Shown: positions 50,549 through 62,714, counted from the stretch's first letter. The stretch: DNA of 64,000 bases from Myxococcota bacterium (GCA_965223415.1 OZ245002.1:4960001-5024000); one strand, 5' to 3'. Notes: a model not told the origin generated them from the letters alone. A program made the numbers and translations.

Positions 50549-53500
50549 AGGCCGACGTCCGTCACCGAGTGGCCGAACAGGCCATCGACCGCCCTGCGGA
50601 GCGCCGGCGAGGGGTCGACCGCTCGGCTGTCCGGCAGGGCCATCACGGTCTCACTCTCCCCGGGAATCATCAGGTGGAGGAGGACGCTGCAGTCGCCCGC
50701 GTGGTCGCTCAGGACGTCGCCCAGGGCGGTGAGCCGATCGCGACTCGCCTCCTCGGCCCGGATGCGGATGTGCACGCGGGCGGCCAGCCGCTCCTCCGCC
50801 TGGGCCAGCTCGAACACGTCCCGCAGCAGCAGCTTCGGCGGGTCGGCGCTCTCGAGGGTCCCGGTGACGATCAACGGGAGGGCGGCCTGGCTGGCATCGG
50901 CTCCGGACGCGAGCGCCCCTCGCAAGAGCTCCCGGTGGGTGGCGTAGGGCTCGGAGAAGATCACGAGCTCGAAGCCGCCCTCCAGGTCCTCGATCGTGCC
51001 GAAGGCCATGGTCTGGCCGCGCCGGGTGCGGGTCTCTCGCAGCCCGGTGATCAGGCCGCCCACCCGCACCTCGCGCCCCACCCACTCGGCGGCGGTCGTG
51101 GCGCTCGTGTCCGTGAAGCGGCCCAGGGCGGGCAGGTGCTGCTCCAACGGGTGCCCGGTGACGTAGAAGCCGAGTACTTCCTTCTCGTAGCCGAGCCGCT
51201 CCTGGTCGGTCCAGGGGGCTGCCGCCGGCAGCTCCGTCGGCCCGATCAGCTCGTCGGCGGCGTCGCCGAACAGGCTCTCCTGACCGATCTCGCGATCGCG
51301 CTGGGCGGCGGCCCCGGTCTCGAGGGCCGCATCGAGGCCGGCCCACAGGGCGGCCCGGTTCTCGTGGAAGGAATCGAAGGCGCCGCACTTCACCAGGCTC
51401 TCCGCCACGCGCCGGTTGACCCGGCGACCGTCGATGCGCCGGGTGAAGTCGTGGAGCCCCTGGAAGGGGCCTTCGGCCCTGCGCGCCGCCAGGATCGACT
51501 CGATGGCGCCCTCGCCGACGTTCTTCACGCCGGCCAGCCCGAAACGGATGCCCTCGGCCACGGGCGTGAAGTCCCGTTCGGACTCGTTCACGTCGGGCGG
51601 CAGCACCTCGATCTTGCGCTCCTTCGAGTGCGCGATGTAGCGCGAGAGCTTGTCGTGGTTGCCGGCCTCGATCGAGAGCAGGGCCGCCAGGAACTCGCGC
51701 GGGTGGTTCGCCTTCAGGTAGGCGGTCTGGTAGGTGAGGTAGGCGTAGGCGGTCGAGTGGGCCTTCGGGAAGCCGTAGCCGGCGAACTCGGCCATCAGGG
51801 TGAAGAGCTCGTCGGCCTTCTTCGGGTCGATGCCGTTCTGCCGCGCGCCGCCTACGAACTTGTCCCGGTGCTTGGCCATCTCCTCGGGCTTCTTCTTGCC
51901 CATGGCCCGCCTCAGCAGGTCCGCCTCGCCGAGCGTGTAGCCGCCCAGACGGTTGGCGATCTGCAGCACCTGGTCCTGGTAGACGATGACGCCGAGGGTC
52001 TCCTCCAGCAGCTCCTCGAGCTCCGGGACGAGGTACTCCACCTTCGTCACGCCGTGCTTGCGGGAGACGTAGTCGTCCACCATCCCGGAGCCGAGCGGTC
52101 CGGGGCGGTAGAGGGCGATGAGCGGGATCACCTCCTTGAAGCTCCGGGGCTTGAGCTTCGAGACCAGGTCGGTCATGCCCGAGGACTCCATCTGGAAGAC
52201 GCCCTCGGTATCGCCCTGGCACAAGAGGTCATAGCTGGGCTCGTCGTCCAGCGGGATCGTCTCGATGGAGAAGTCCGGGAAACCGCCGGCGCGGATGTGC
52301 TTCTCGGCGCCCGCGATGATCGTGAGCGTGCGCAGGCCCAGGAAGTCGAACTTGATCAGGCCGACCTTCTCGACGCATCGCATGTCGTACTGGGTCATCA
52401 CGTCGCCGGTCTTCGAGTCCCGGTAGAGCGGGACCATCTCGATCAGCGGTCGCGTCCCGATCACGACCCCGGCGGCGTGGGTGGAGGCGTGGCGGGTCAG
52501 TCCCTCGAGCTTGCGAGCCGTCGCGAGGAGCTTCGCCACCTGGCCGTCCGCCTCGCCGCGGGTGCGCAGCTCCGGGCTCTGCTCGAGGGCCTGGTCCAGG
52601 CTGATGCCGAGGGTCTCGGGGACGAGCTTGGCGATCCGGTCCACGTCGCCGTAGGGGATGCCGAGCACCCGGCCCACGTCCCGGATCGCGGCCCGGGCCT
52701 GCAGGGTCCCGAAGGTGATGATCTGGGAGACCCGGCGGCCGTCGTCGCCCCGATCCGGCTCGTCGTACTTGTTCGAGACGTAGCGGATCACCTCCTCGCG
52801 CCCGCGCATGCAGAAGTCCACGTCGATGTCCGGCATGGAGACCCGCTCGGGGTTCAGGAAACGCTCGAAGATGATGTCGTACTCGATCGGATCGACACCG
52901 GTAATGTCGAGGCTGTAGGCTGCCAGGCTGCCTGCCGAGGAGCCCCGCCCCGGGCCCACCGGGATGCCGTGGCGCTTCGCGTAGCCGATGAAGTCCGCGA
53001 CGATCAGGAAGTAGCCGGCGAAGCCCATCTGCTGGATCACGCCCAGCTCGTACTCGAGGCGCTTGGTGTAGCCCTCGTGCTTGCCCTCGAAGGGTTGGTC
53101 GGGCTCCATGCCGAGGCGCCGCCGCAGCCCCTCCCAGGCGTCCCGCTCCAAGACCTCCTCGCGGGTCAGGCCGGCGGGCACCTGGAACTCGGGCATGTGG
53201 TAGGTGTCCATCGACAGCTCGAGATCGCAGCGCTCGGCGATCTCCATGGCGTTGTGCACCGCCTGGGGGTGGTCGTGGAAGACCTCGAGCATCTCCTCGC
53301 CGCTCTTGACGAAGAAGCCCTGGCCGTCGAAGCGGAGCCGGTTCGTGTCGTCCAGGTTCGACGCGGTGCCGATACAGAGCAGCGCGTCGTGGTGGTCGTG
53401 GTCGTGCTCCTCCAGGTAGTGGGCGTCGTTGGTGGCGAGGAGCGGGAGGCGCAGGTCGGAGTGCATCTTCAGCAGCTCCGCGTTGACCCGATCCTGGTCC

Positions 53501-54057
53501 GGGATGCCGTGGCGCTGGAGCTCCAGGTAGTAGCGGTCCTTGAAGGTCTCCGAGAGCTCCTCCACGAGCCGCCAGGCCGTGTCCATCTCGCCGCCCAGGA
53601 TGCGGCGGCACACGAGGGACGAGAGGCAGCCGCTGGTCGTGATCAGCCCCTCGCTGTGCTTCTTCAGCAGGTCGAGGTCGATGCGGGGCTTGTAGTAGAA
53701 GCCCTCCAGGTAGGCCTTCGAGATCAGGAACATCAGGTTGTGGTACCCGGTCTCGTTCATGGCCAGGAGCAGCTGGTGGCTGATGGCGTCGAAGCCGCTG
53801 GCGTCGCGCTCGCGCTTCTCCTTGTCGAAGCGCGAGCCGGCGGCGATGTAGGCTTCACAGCCGATGATGGGCTTCACGCCGTTCGCCCGCGCCTTCTCGT
53901 AGAACTCCACGGCCCCGAACAGGTTGCCGTGGTCGGTCATGGCGATGGCTTCCTGGCCGAGCGCCTTCACCCGCTCGAAGAGCGGGTTGTGCTTGATGGC
54001 GCCGTCGAGGAGCGAGTACTGGGTGTGGAGGTGGAGGTGCGCGAAGGGAACGGTCAT
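50545..54057 (-). CDS. dnaE: DNA polymerase III alpha subunit
   Basis: HLHLHTQYSLLDG PHP domain, GPGRGS, MPDIDVDF, KFDFLGL and C-terminal OB fold; no intein-sized insert. Confidence 0.97.
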   Translation of the reverse strand: MTVPFAHLHLHTQYSLLDGAIKHNPLFERVKALGQEAIAMTDHGNLFGAVEFYEKARANGVKPIIGCEAYIAAGSRFDKEKRERDASGFDAISHQLLLAMNETGYHNLMFLISKAYLEGFYYKPRIDLDLLKKHSEGLITTSGCLSSLVCRRILGGEMDTAWRLVEELSETFKDRYYLELQRHGIPDQDRVNAELLKMHSDLRLPLLATNDAHYLEEHDHDHHDALLCIGTASNLDDTNRLRFDGQGFFVKSGEEMLEVFHDHPQAVHNAMEIAERCDLELSMDTYHMPEFQVPAGLTREEVLERDAWEGLRRRLGMEPDQPFEGKHEGYTKRLEYELGVIQQMGFAGYFLIVADFIGYAKRHGIPVGPGRGSSAGSLAAYSLDITGVDPIEYDIIFERFLNPERVSMPDIDVDFCMRGREEVIRYVSNKYDEPDRGDDGRRVSQIITFGTLQARAAIRDVGRVLGIPYGDVDRIAKLVPETLGISLDQALEQSPELRTRGEADGQVAKLLATARKLEGLTRHASTHAAGVVIGTRPLIEMVPLYRDSKTGDVMTQYDMRCVEKVGLIKFDFLGLRTLTIIAGAEKHIRAGGFPDFSIETIPLDDEPSYDLLCQGDTEGVFQMESSGMTDLVSKLKPRSFKEVIPLIALYRPGPLGSGMVDDYVSRKHGVTKVEYLVPELEELLEETLGVIVYQDQVLQIANRLGGYTLGEADLLRRAMGKKKPEEMAKHRDKFVGGARQNGIDPKKADELFTLMAEFAGYGFPKAHSTAYAYLTYQTAYLKANHPREFLAALLSIEAGNHDKLSRYIAHSKERKIEVLPPDVNESERDFTPVAEGIRFGLAGVKNVGEGAIESILAARRAEGPFQGLHDFTRRIDGRRVNRRVAESLVKCGAFDSFHENRAALWAGLDAALETGAAAQRDREIGQESLFGDAADELIGPTELPAAAPWTDQERLGYEKEVLGFYVTGHPLEQHLPALGRFTDTSATTAAEWVGREVRVGGLITGLRETRTRRGQTMAFGTIEDLEGGFELVIFSEPYATHRELLRGALASGADASQAALPLIVTGTLESADPPKLLLRDVFELAQAEERLAARVHIRIRAEEASRDRLTALGDVLSDHAGDCSVLLHLMIPGESETVMALPDSRAVDPSPALRRAVDGLFGHSVTDVGL

Positions 54058-54064
54058 CCGCGCG

Positions 54065-55660
54065 CTACTCCCACTCGATGGTGGCGGGAGGCTTCGAGGA
54101 GATGTCGTACACGACGCGGTTGACCCCCTGGACCTCGTTCGTGATGCGGTTCGAGACCGCGGCCAGCATGTCGTCCGGCAGCCGGGACCAATCGGCCGTC
54201 ATCGCGTCGATGGAGCTGACACAGCGGAGCGCGATGCAGTTCTCGTAGGTACGCGCGTCGCCCATCACGCCGACGCTCTGGATCGGGAGGAACACCGCGA
54301 AGGCCTGCCAGATGGCGTCGTAGAGGCCGGCCCGCCGGATCTCCTCGATCAGGATCGCGTCGGCCTGGCGCAGGATGGCCAGGCGCTCCCGGGTGACCTC
54401 CCCCATGATGCGGATGGCCAGGCCCGGCCCGGGGAACGGGTGGCGCCCGACAATCTCCTCCGGCAGGCCGAGGGTCCGCCCCGCCTCCCGGACCTCGTCC
54501 TTGAAGAGCTCGCGCAGCGGCTCGACCAGCTCGAGGTGCATGCGCTCGGGCAGGCCGCCCACGTTGTGGTGGGTCTTGATCGTCGCCGAGGGCCCGCGCA
54601 CCGAGACGCTCTCGATCACGTCCGGGTACAGGGTGCCCTGGACCAGGAAGTCCGCTCCGCCGAGCTTCCTGGCCTGCTCCTCGAAGACGTCGATGAAGAG
54701 GTGGCCGATGATCCGGCGCTTCCGCTCCGGGTCGGTGACATCGGTGAGCAGCCGCAGGAAGCGCTCGCTGGCATCCACGGTAACGAGGGGGATGCCCAGG
54801 TGCTCGCCGAAGGCGCGCTCCACCTCCTCCCGCTCGCCCTGCCGCAGGAGCCCGTGGTCGACGAAGATGCAGGTCTGCCGCTCGCCGATGGCGCGGTGCA
54901 CGAGCGCCGCGGCGACGGAGGAGTCGACGCCGCCCGAGAGGCCGCAGATCACCCTGCCCTCGCCCACCTGGGTGCGCACCGCGTCGCAGGCCTCTTCGAC
55001 GAAGGCATCCATGGTCCAGCTGCACTCGCAGCCGCAGATGCCGTGGACGAAGTTGCGGAGGATCCGGTCCCCCTCCTCGGTGTGGACCACCTCCGGGTGG
55101 AACTGGAGGCCGAAGATCGGCCGGTCCCGGTGCCCCACCGCGGCGAAGGGCGAGCTCTCGCTGGTCGCCAGCACCTCGAAGCCCTCCGGGAGCCGCAGCA
55201 CCCGGTCGCCGTGGCTCATCCAGACCGTCCGCTCCGCGCCGCCGTTCAGCCCCGCGAACAGCGGGTGCTCCGCGCTCTTCAGCTTGAGGAGCGCCCGGCC
55301 GTATTCGTGGTCGTCGGCGCTCTCGACCAGCCCGCCGAGCTGGTGGGCCAGGAGCTGGAGGCCGTAGCAGATCCCGAGGGTCGGAAGACCCAGCTCGAGC
55401 ACCGCCGGGGCGATCCGCGGGGCGTCCTCCGCCAGGACACTCGCCGGCCCGCCGGAGAGCACGAGCCCGGCAGGGCGCCAGGCACGGACCTCCTCCGCCG
55501 AGAGCGTCGGCGGATGGATCTCGCAGTACACCTGCTGCTCCCGGATGCGGCGGGCGATCAGCTGGGTGTACTGGGAGCCGAAGTCCAGAATCAGGATGCG
55601 GTCGCGGTGTGAGCCGGACGGTGCGCTCTCGGTGCGGTCTCGGTGGGCGTCGGTCGACAA
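54065..55660 (-). CDS. guaA: GMP synthase
   Basis: [31 protein letters not shown] and KPPATIEWE. Confidence 0.97.
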   Translation of the reverse strand: MSTDAHRDRTESAPSGSHRDRILILDFGSQYTQLIARRIREQQVYCEIHPPTLSAEEVRAWRPAGLVLSGGPASVLAEDAPRIAPAVLELGLPTLGICYGLQLLAHQLGGLVESADDHEYGRALLKLKSAEHPLFAGLNGGAERTVWMSHGDRVLRLPEGFEVLATSESSPFAAVGHRDRPIFGLQFHPEVVHTEEGDRILRNFVHGICGCECSWTMDAFVEEACDAVRTQVGEGRVICGLSGGVDSSVAAALVHRAIGERQTCIFVDHGLLRQGEREEVERAFGEHLGIPLVTVDASERFLRLLTDVTDPERKRRIIGHLFIDVFEEQARKLGGADFLVQGTLYPDVIESVSVRGPSATIKTHHNVGGLPERMHLELVEPLRELFKDEVREAGRTLGLPEEIVGRHPFPGPGLAIRIMGEVTRERLAILRQADAILIEEIRRAGLYDAIWQAFAVFLPIQSVGVMGDARTYENCIALRCVSSIDAMTADWSRLPDDMLAAVSNRITNEVQGVNRVVYDISSKPPATIEWE

Positions 55661-55736
55661 GGGGGAATCCCTGCTGGGCCCACCGGGAGGACGGCGGGCG
55701 GTGGTGCGGGGCGTCGGGCGGGGGGCCGGCGGAGAC

Positions 55737-57330
<1,594 letters not shown>

Positions 57331-57383
57331 GCCGGGGGCCCCATTCGCTTCCTCGATCGGGCCGGCTCGGCGTGGAGCGCCCG

Positions 57384-57806
57384 CTAGATCAGGCGGTCGA
57401 GCCCGCTGCGGAGGGTGCTGGCGAGATCGCGGAGGATCGCCTCCAGGATTCGCGTCGCGGCGCGCGGTGCGTCGTCGGACAGGCGCAGGAAGGCGCTGCG
57501 AGGGAAGAGCAGCACCCGGGAGGCCTCGGCCGCCGCCGCGGTGAGCTCCCGGCGACCGAGGGCGGCCAGAGAGGTACCGCCCAGGTGCCGGCCGGCGGGC
57601 AGCGTGACGAGCTCGCCCACCCGGGCGCTCGAGAGCAGCAGCGAGCCCAGGGCCACCAGCACCAGCCCGTCGGCCTCGTCGCCCTCCTCCACCACGATCT
57701 CACCCATGCCGAGCTCCCGCGCCTCGACGAGATCGCTCACCATGGCGAGCTCCTCCTCGCTCAGCTCCGCGAAGGGCGCGAAGCGCTTGAGATCGGCGCC
57801 GTTCAT
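57384..57806 (-). CDS. Stand-alone cyclic-nucleotide-binding domain protein
   Basis: LKRFAPFAELSEEEL...IVVEEGDEADGL...LGGTSL...RELTAAA; no HTH. Confidence 0.8.
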   Translation of the reverse strand: MNGADLKRFAPFAELSEEELAMVSDLVEARELGMGEIVVEEGDEADGLVLVALGSLLLSSARVGELVTLPAGRHLGGTSLAALGRRELTAAAAEASRVLLFPRSAFLRLSDDAPRAATRILEAILRDLASTLRSGLDRLI

Positions 57807-59344
57807 GGCAGGACCCGTCCCAGCATGGTGCCCAGCAAGGCGACCGGGTCGCGCTCGCCCTCCAGCGGCAGCAGGAAGACCGAGGCCTGATCGAGGAGGC
57901 CGAGGCTTGGCTCCAGCTCCGCCCGCGCGAGCTTCTCGCCCTTCGGCAGCACGATCACGTGGAAGACCCGGGCTTCCGGGCCCCGGCTGCGGATCTGCTC
58001 GACCAACGGCCGCAGCCGCTCCTCGTCCTCGTGATGGGGCCAGCGCATGAGCAGCAGGGTGCCGAGGGCACCGTGGGTCAGGGCGGGCCAGCAGGCGGCG
58101 TAGCGCGGGTCGCTCGGCACCTGAAGGAGCTGGACCATCAGGCCCTCGCCGACCTCGATGCGTCCCAGCACCGCCACGTCTTCCGGGCGGTACTCGCCCG
58201 AGCCACCGGGCTCCATGCGCACGCCCGGCAGGGCCGCGAGCACGCGGACGAAGTCCCGGGTCCCCGCCGGGTCCGCCGCCGCCAGCAGCAGCTTGGCCTC
58301 CTTGGCCGCGCTGCCTCGGGGCCGACCCGCCTGCAGCCACTCCCGCAGGCGCCGCTTCTGGGCGGTATCGAAGAGGCCCTCGAGGCTGCCCGCCTCGCCT
58401 TGCTCGGCCTCGCGGCGCAGCTGGACGAGCCCGCGCTCGCAGAGGGTCTGGAGGGTGCGGAGCACCTGGTAGTCCGGGAAGCTGGTCCGGTCGAGCAGGT
58501 CGCCGACCCGCTCGTCGCGCTCGAGCAGGCCCAAGAGCTCCTGGGTCACCGGGTGGAGCGCGGAGGGCAGCTCCTCGCGCGGCACGGCCAGGCTCACCCG
58601 AGCGGAGGTCGGCGGCAGGGACTCGCGCAGCTGGTCCCACTCGTCGAGCTGGCGCAGCGCCTCCATCAGGAGGGCCCGTGTCGGCGTGGTGATCCGCGGC
58701 GCCATGGTCACCGTGCCCGGCGTGAAGGCGAAGCGGCCCTCCCGCCAGGAGAGCATGCGGAAGAGCGCCTTCTCGCCCTCCACCCGGCCCGCGGTCGCCT
58801 GCACCAGGTTGCCGTCGCGCAGGATCAGGGCGCCCTGCTCGTCCTGGTGGCCGCCCTCCTCCCGGGCCAGCTCGATCGTCCCGGTCCGTCGGTTCATGTG
58901 GAAGAGCTGGAGCAGATCGGTGAGCGGGATCTGGGCGAGCTTGCCCTGGACCTCCTGCTGGGCTTCCGCTTCGCGCTCCACCGCGTCGATGCGCTCGCGC
59001 TGGGCCAGGATCGCTTCGATTCGCAGGGCCACGTCCTCCGCCGAAGCGGACGGCGGCAGGGCGTCGTCGAAGAAGCCGCCGTTGATCGGGTCGTCGCCGA
59101 GGAAGAGGAAGCGAACCCCTTGGGTCCGCGGGTTGGCCCTTAGGATCTTCGCGAGGGTGCCGGCATCGATCAGCTCCAGATCGACCGGCGCCACCAGGAC
59201 GTCGGGCACGTCCGCCAGCGCGGCCTCGAGGGCGGCCGCGCCGGTCCGCACGCAGCTCGTCGCGTAGCCGCGGGCGGCGCAGGCGTCCGCGAGCTGGCGC
59301 GCCCGGCTGGGCAGGCTCTCGGCGATGAGGATCGCGCTACTCAC
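57803..59344 (-). CDS. Pseudo-receiver + DUF4388-like + degenerate small-GTPase-like domain protein
   Basis: GKLAQIPLTDLLQLFHMNRRTG...WREGRFAF...LLMEALRQLDE; C-terminal QVPSDPRYAACWPALTHGALGTLLL. Confidence 0.75.
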   Translation of the reverse strand: MSSAILIAESLPSRARQLADACAARGYATSCVRTGAAALEAALADVPDVLVAPVDLELIDAGTLAKILRANPRTQGVRFLFLGDDPINGGFFDDALPPSASAEDVALRIEAILAQRERIDAVEREAEAQQEVQGKLAQIPLTDLLQLFHMNRRTGTIELAREEGGHQDEQGALILRDGNLVQATAGRVEGEKALFRMLSWREGRFAFTPGTVTMAPRITTPTRALLMEALRQLDEWDQLRESLPPTSARVSLAVPREELPSALHPVTQELLGLLERDERVGDLLDRTSFPDYQVLRTLQTLCERGLVQLRREAEQGEAGSLEGLFDTAQKRRLREWLQAGRPRGSAAKEAKLLLAAADPAGTRDFVRVLAALPGVRMEPGGSGEYRPEDVAVLGRIEVGEGLMVQLLQVPSDPRYAACWPALTHGALGTLLLMRWPHHEDEERLRPLVEQIRSRGPEARVFHVIVLPKGEKLARAELEPSLGLLDQASVFLLPLEGERDPVALLGTMLGRVLP

Positions 59345-59388
59345 CGATCGGGTTCTCCATCTCCCGGCTCGCGCTACTCACCGATCGG
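59332..59388. repeat. 20-bp direct repeat at a gene junction
   Basis: TCGCGCTACTCACCGATCGG at 59332-59351 and 59369-59388. Confidence 0.9.
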
Positions 59389-61293
59389 AATCCCAAGGTC
59401 GTGGCCCAGCTGGAAGGCCAGCTGCTCGACCACCACCGGATCGGAGGTGTGGAAGGTGGTGGCGTCGTCGGCGCTGCCGTCTTGCAGGAACGCATACGAG
59501 GCTCCCTCGCCCATGTAGACGAGGAAGGGCTGCTCGCGGGTGCCGGAGCTCGGCGCCACCCACGTGACCGGAACGCCCGGCATCAGCTGCTCGTCGCGCT
59601 CGGCGAAGAGGAAGACGTCCGTGTGGGGCGTGGTGCCGCGCAGCTGCTCCAGGCCCCCGCGCAGGGAGCCGGCCTCGCCGCCGGGCGGCGCCAGGAAGAG
59701 CAGCCCCCGCTGATGGGGATTGCGGCTCACCTCGTCGAGAAGGAAGCGCGCCATCTGGTCGCCGAGCTCCCCGCGCCCTTCGTCGCCTTCGGCCAGGAGG
59801 CTCTCCAGGAGCCGCCGGAAGGGGACCTCCTCCAGCTCGTAGCGGCGGAGCAGGCTCTTGCGGTCCTCCTCGATGCGCCGCTCGAGGCAGGCGTGCAGGG
59901 AGGTCCGGTCGACACCGTTCGACGGGAAGGTGGCCATGGCGGAAAGGACCACGGGCCGGTCGTCGCCCAGCTCCCGGAGCGCCGGACTGCGCTCCACCGC
60001 CGTCCGCAGCCGCCGCTTCGCCACCGCCGAGCCCAGGCTGTCGCACTCGGGCAGCATGACCAGGTACTCGTGGTCGCTCTGGGTCGCCAGCAGGTCGGTG
60101 ACCCGCACCGCCTTCTCCAGATCGGCCACCACCGCCTGGATCCAGGCGCTGAACTCCCGCAGCGAGAGGCGCTCGCGCACGGGGCCGATCGGGTCCAGCT
60201 GCATGCGCACGAGCGAGACACTGCGGCCGAAGCGCTTGGCCTTCTGGAGCTCGTGGTGGAGCACGTCGTCGAGGTAGGCGCCGGTGTAGGCGCGAGTGGT
60301 CGGGTCCTTGAAGGAGCGTCGCTCGAGGGACTGGAACTCGATCGCGTTGGCCAGCGCCTGGCTCGCGAACAGCGCGAAGCGCTCGGCCACCTCCCGGTCG
60401 GCCGCGTCGAATTCGGCGCCGTCGAGCCGGTCGGTCAGGCGCAGCACACCCAGCAAGCGGCCGTCGTGGCGAAGGGAGACGTAGAGCGGGGCCCGGGACG
60501 CACCGGTGCCCTCCGGCTGCAGCGAGCGGCAGCCCGGGTCCCGGAGTGGCTGGAGCGCTTCGGGCAGGCGATCCAGGACGAGCTGCGTCTCCTCCTCGTC
60601 GACCCGCACCAGGCCGCCCACGCCGCACAGCTCGAGTGCCCGCGGCGGGTCCCCGTCCGCGAGCCAGGCGACCCCGGCGTGGGCGTTCGTCTCCAGGCAG
60701 AGCACCTCGACCACGCGATCGGCCAGGGGCTCCAGCGAAAGCGTCGAGAACAAGCTCAGCGCTCGCTCGTACTGGGCGAAGTGGCCCATGAAGGACAGAT
60801 TCTCGGCGACCAGGCGGTCGTGCTCGGCGTGCATGGCCCGGCGTTCGAGCACGCCGTCGATCGCGCGCAGCAGCGAGGTGCGGTCGATGGGCTTGAGCAG
60901 GTAGTCCGTCGCACCGAGCCGCATCGCTTCCACGGCGGTCTTCACGTCGCCCACGCTGGTGACCACCACCACGTCCTGCTCCGGCCAGCGCTCCTTCACC
61001 TGGCGGACGAGCTCGCGGCCGTCCATCTCGGGCATCACCAGATCCGTGAGGACCAGGTCGACCGGCTCCTCCTCCATCAGGGCGAGGGCCTCGGCGCCGC
61101 TTCCGGCCGTGACGACCTCGAAGTCTTCCTGCTGAAGGAGGTCCTCGAGGAACACCCGGAAGTAGAGCTGGTCGTCGACCGCGAGGATGCGCGCCTGGTT
61201 CAAGGCTCTTGCCTCGCGTGATGGGTCCGGGCCTGGTTCAAGGATCACCCCTCCCGGATCCTGTCCGGGCATGGTTCGTAGGCCCTTCCTCAC
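59374..61293 (-). CDS. Response regulator: receiver + GAF-like + degenerate GGDEF + extra C-terminal domain
   Basis: AVDD, LTDLVMP, TS and LLKP; DPTTRAYT; RVTD-LLATQ-SDHEY. Confidence 0.82.
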   Translation of the reverse strand: MRKGLRTMPGQDPGGVILEPGPDPSREARALNQARILAVDDQLYFRVFLEDLLQQEDFEVVTAGSGAEALALMEEEPVDLVLTDLVMPEMDGRELVRQVKERWPEQDVVVVTSVGDVKTAVEAMRLGATDYLLKPIDRTSLLRAIDGVLERRAMHAEHDRLVAENLSFMGHFAQYERALSLFSTLSLEPLADRVVEVLCLETNAHAGVAWLADGDPPRALELCGVGGLVRVDEEETQLVLDRLPEALQPLRDPGCRSLQPEGTGASRAPLYVSLRHDGRLLGVLRLTDRLDGAEFDAADREVAERFALFASQALANAIEFQSLERRSFKDPTTRAYTGAYLDDVLHHELQKAKRFGRSVSLVRMQLDPIGPVRERLSLREFSAWIQAVVADLEKAVRVTDLLATQSDHEYLVMLPECDSLGSAVAKRRLRTAVERSPALRELGDDRPVVLSAMATFPSNGVDRTSLHACLERRIEEDRKSLLRRYELEEVPFRRLLESLLAEGDEGRGELGDQMARFLLDEVSRNPHQRGLLFLAPPGGEAGSLRGGLEQLRGTTPHTDVFLFAERDEQLMPGVPVTWVAPSSGTREQPFLVYMGEGASYAFLQDGSADDATTFHTSDPVVVEQLAFQLGHDLGIPIGE

Positions 61294-62708
61294 GACGGGG
61301 TCGGAAAGGCGCCCTCTTCATCGGCGGATCGTCCTGGCTCCGTGAGTGTGCCGCGAAGCGGGACCGGGCGGCCGATCAAGGAGTGCGGGGTCGCGTCGAC
61401 GATCTCCACCTCCAACAGGCTGCCCCCGGGGGCTCGGTGGTGGACGTTCACGACCCGGTGCTGGGGGTCCCGGCCCCGGAGCTGGCCCGGCGATCTCCCG
61501 GTCGCGCCCTCTACGAGGATCTCGGCGCGCTCCCCGACCCGGGCCCGGTGGGCCTGGAGCGTCAGGCGGCGCTGGAGGGCCTGGAGCCGCTCCAGGCGCT
61601 CCTGGGCGACCTCCGGCGGCACCCGGGCCTCCCGGCGCGCGGCCGCGGCCGTGCCAGGCCGCGGCGAGTATTTGAAGGAGTACGCGTCCACGAAGCCCAC
61701 CTCCTCCACCAGGGCGAGGGTGGCCTGGAAGTCCGCTTCGGTCTCACCGGGGAAGCCGACGATCAGGTCGGTGGTGAGGACCAGGTCCGGCCGGGCCGCC
61801 TGGAGCGCACGGGCCCAGTCGCGGAAGTCGTCGGCGGTGTAGCGCCGACGCATGGCCTCGAGGACGCGATCCGAGCCGCTCTGGAGCGGCAGGTGGACGT
61901 GAGGGCAGAGCTCCGGGATCTCGGCGTGGGCCCGCACCAGGGCCTCGTCGAAGAAGCTCGGGTGGGGGCTCGTGTAGCGGATGCGATCCAGGCCCGGGAT
62001 CGCCGCCAGCCGCCCCAGCAGCTCGGCGAACGCCAGCGTTCCGGCGGCCTCGGCCCGGCCCCGGCGCAGGTCGTGCCGGCCGTAGGCATTCACGGTCTGA
62101 CCGAGCAGGGTCACCTCCCGCACGCCGCCCCCGGCCAGGGCCCGGGCCTCGGCGAGGATCCGCTCGGCGGGCCGACTGATCTCCCGCCCCCGGGTAGTCG
62201 GGACGATGCAGAAGCTGCAGAACAGGTCGCAACCTTCCATGACGGTCAGGAAGGCCCGCCCGGGGGTCCGGTCCCGAAACGCCGGGTGCCGCTCGGGCAG
62301 ATCGAATCGCTCGAGGGACGCGACCACTCCGGTGCGGGCCACCCGTCGGCCGGTCCGGGCGGCCTCGATCATCTCTGGGACGTAGCGCAGGTTGTGGGTA
62401 CCGAACACGAAGTCGACGTGGCCAAAGCGCCCGAGCAGCGCGTCACCCTCCTGCTGGGCGACGCAGCCCCCGACCCCGAGCACCCGCTCCGGCGCCGCGC
62501 GCTTCCACTCGCGCAGCGCTCCCAGGTCGCTGTAGAGCTTGTGCTCGGCCTTCTCCCGGATCGAGCAGGTATTGATGATGAGGAGCTCGCTCGTCTCCTC
62601 GTCGTCCGCGGAGCCCCAGCCGGCGTGGTGGAGCAGGTTCGCCAGCTTGTCCGAATCGTGGACGTTCATCTGGCAGCCGTAGGTGCGGAGGGCGAAGCGG
62701 CGCGGCAC
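61290..62708 (-). CDS. miaB: tRNA methylthiotransferase MiaB
   Basis: TYGCQMNVHDS, NTCSIREKAE, GCDLFCSFC, QSGS, YSPRPGT and TRAM domain. Confidence 0.95.
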   Translation of the reverse strand: MPRRFALRTYGCQMNVHDSDKLANLLHHAGWGSADDEETSELLIINTCSIREKAEHKLYSDLGALREWKRAAPERVLGVGGCVAQQEGDALLGRFGHVDFVFGTHNLRYVPEMIEAARTGRRVARTGVVASLERFDLPERHPAFRDRTPGRAFLTVMEGCDLFCSFCIVPTTRGREISRPAERILAEARALAGGGVREVTLLGQTVNAYGRHDLRRGRAEAAGTLAFAELLGRLAAIPGLDRIRYTSPHPSFFDEALVRAHAEIPELCPHVHLPLQSGSDRVLEAMRRRYTADDFRDWARALQAARPDLVLTTDLIVGFPGETEADFQATLALVEEVGFVDAYSFKYSPRPGTAAAARREARVPPEVAQERLERLQALQRRLTLQAHRARVGERAEILVEGATGRSPGQLRGRDPQHRVVNVHHRAPGGSLLEVEIVDATPHSLIGRPVPLRGTLTEPGRSADEEGAFPTPS

Positions 62709-62714
62709 GGCGGC

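Noticed and set aside
50545..54057. Intein or split in dnaE
   Set aside because: Normal length (1170 aa) and continuous motifs.
50569..54123. Long antisense or alternative-frame ORFs (also 10498-13515, 47590-49518, 59401-61221 and many others)
   Set aside because: Typical high-GC shadow ORFs overlapping well-supported genes, with no recognisable motifs.
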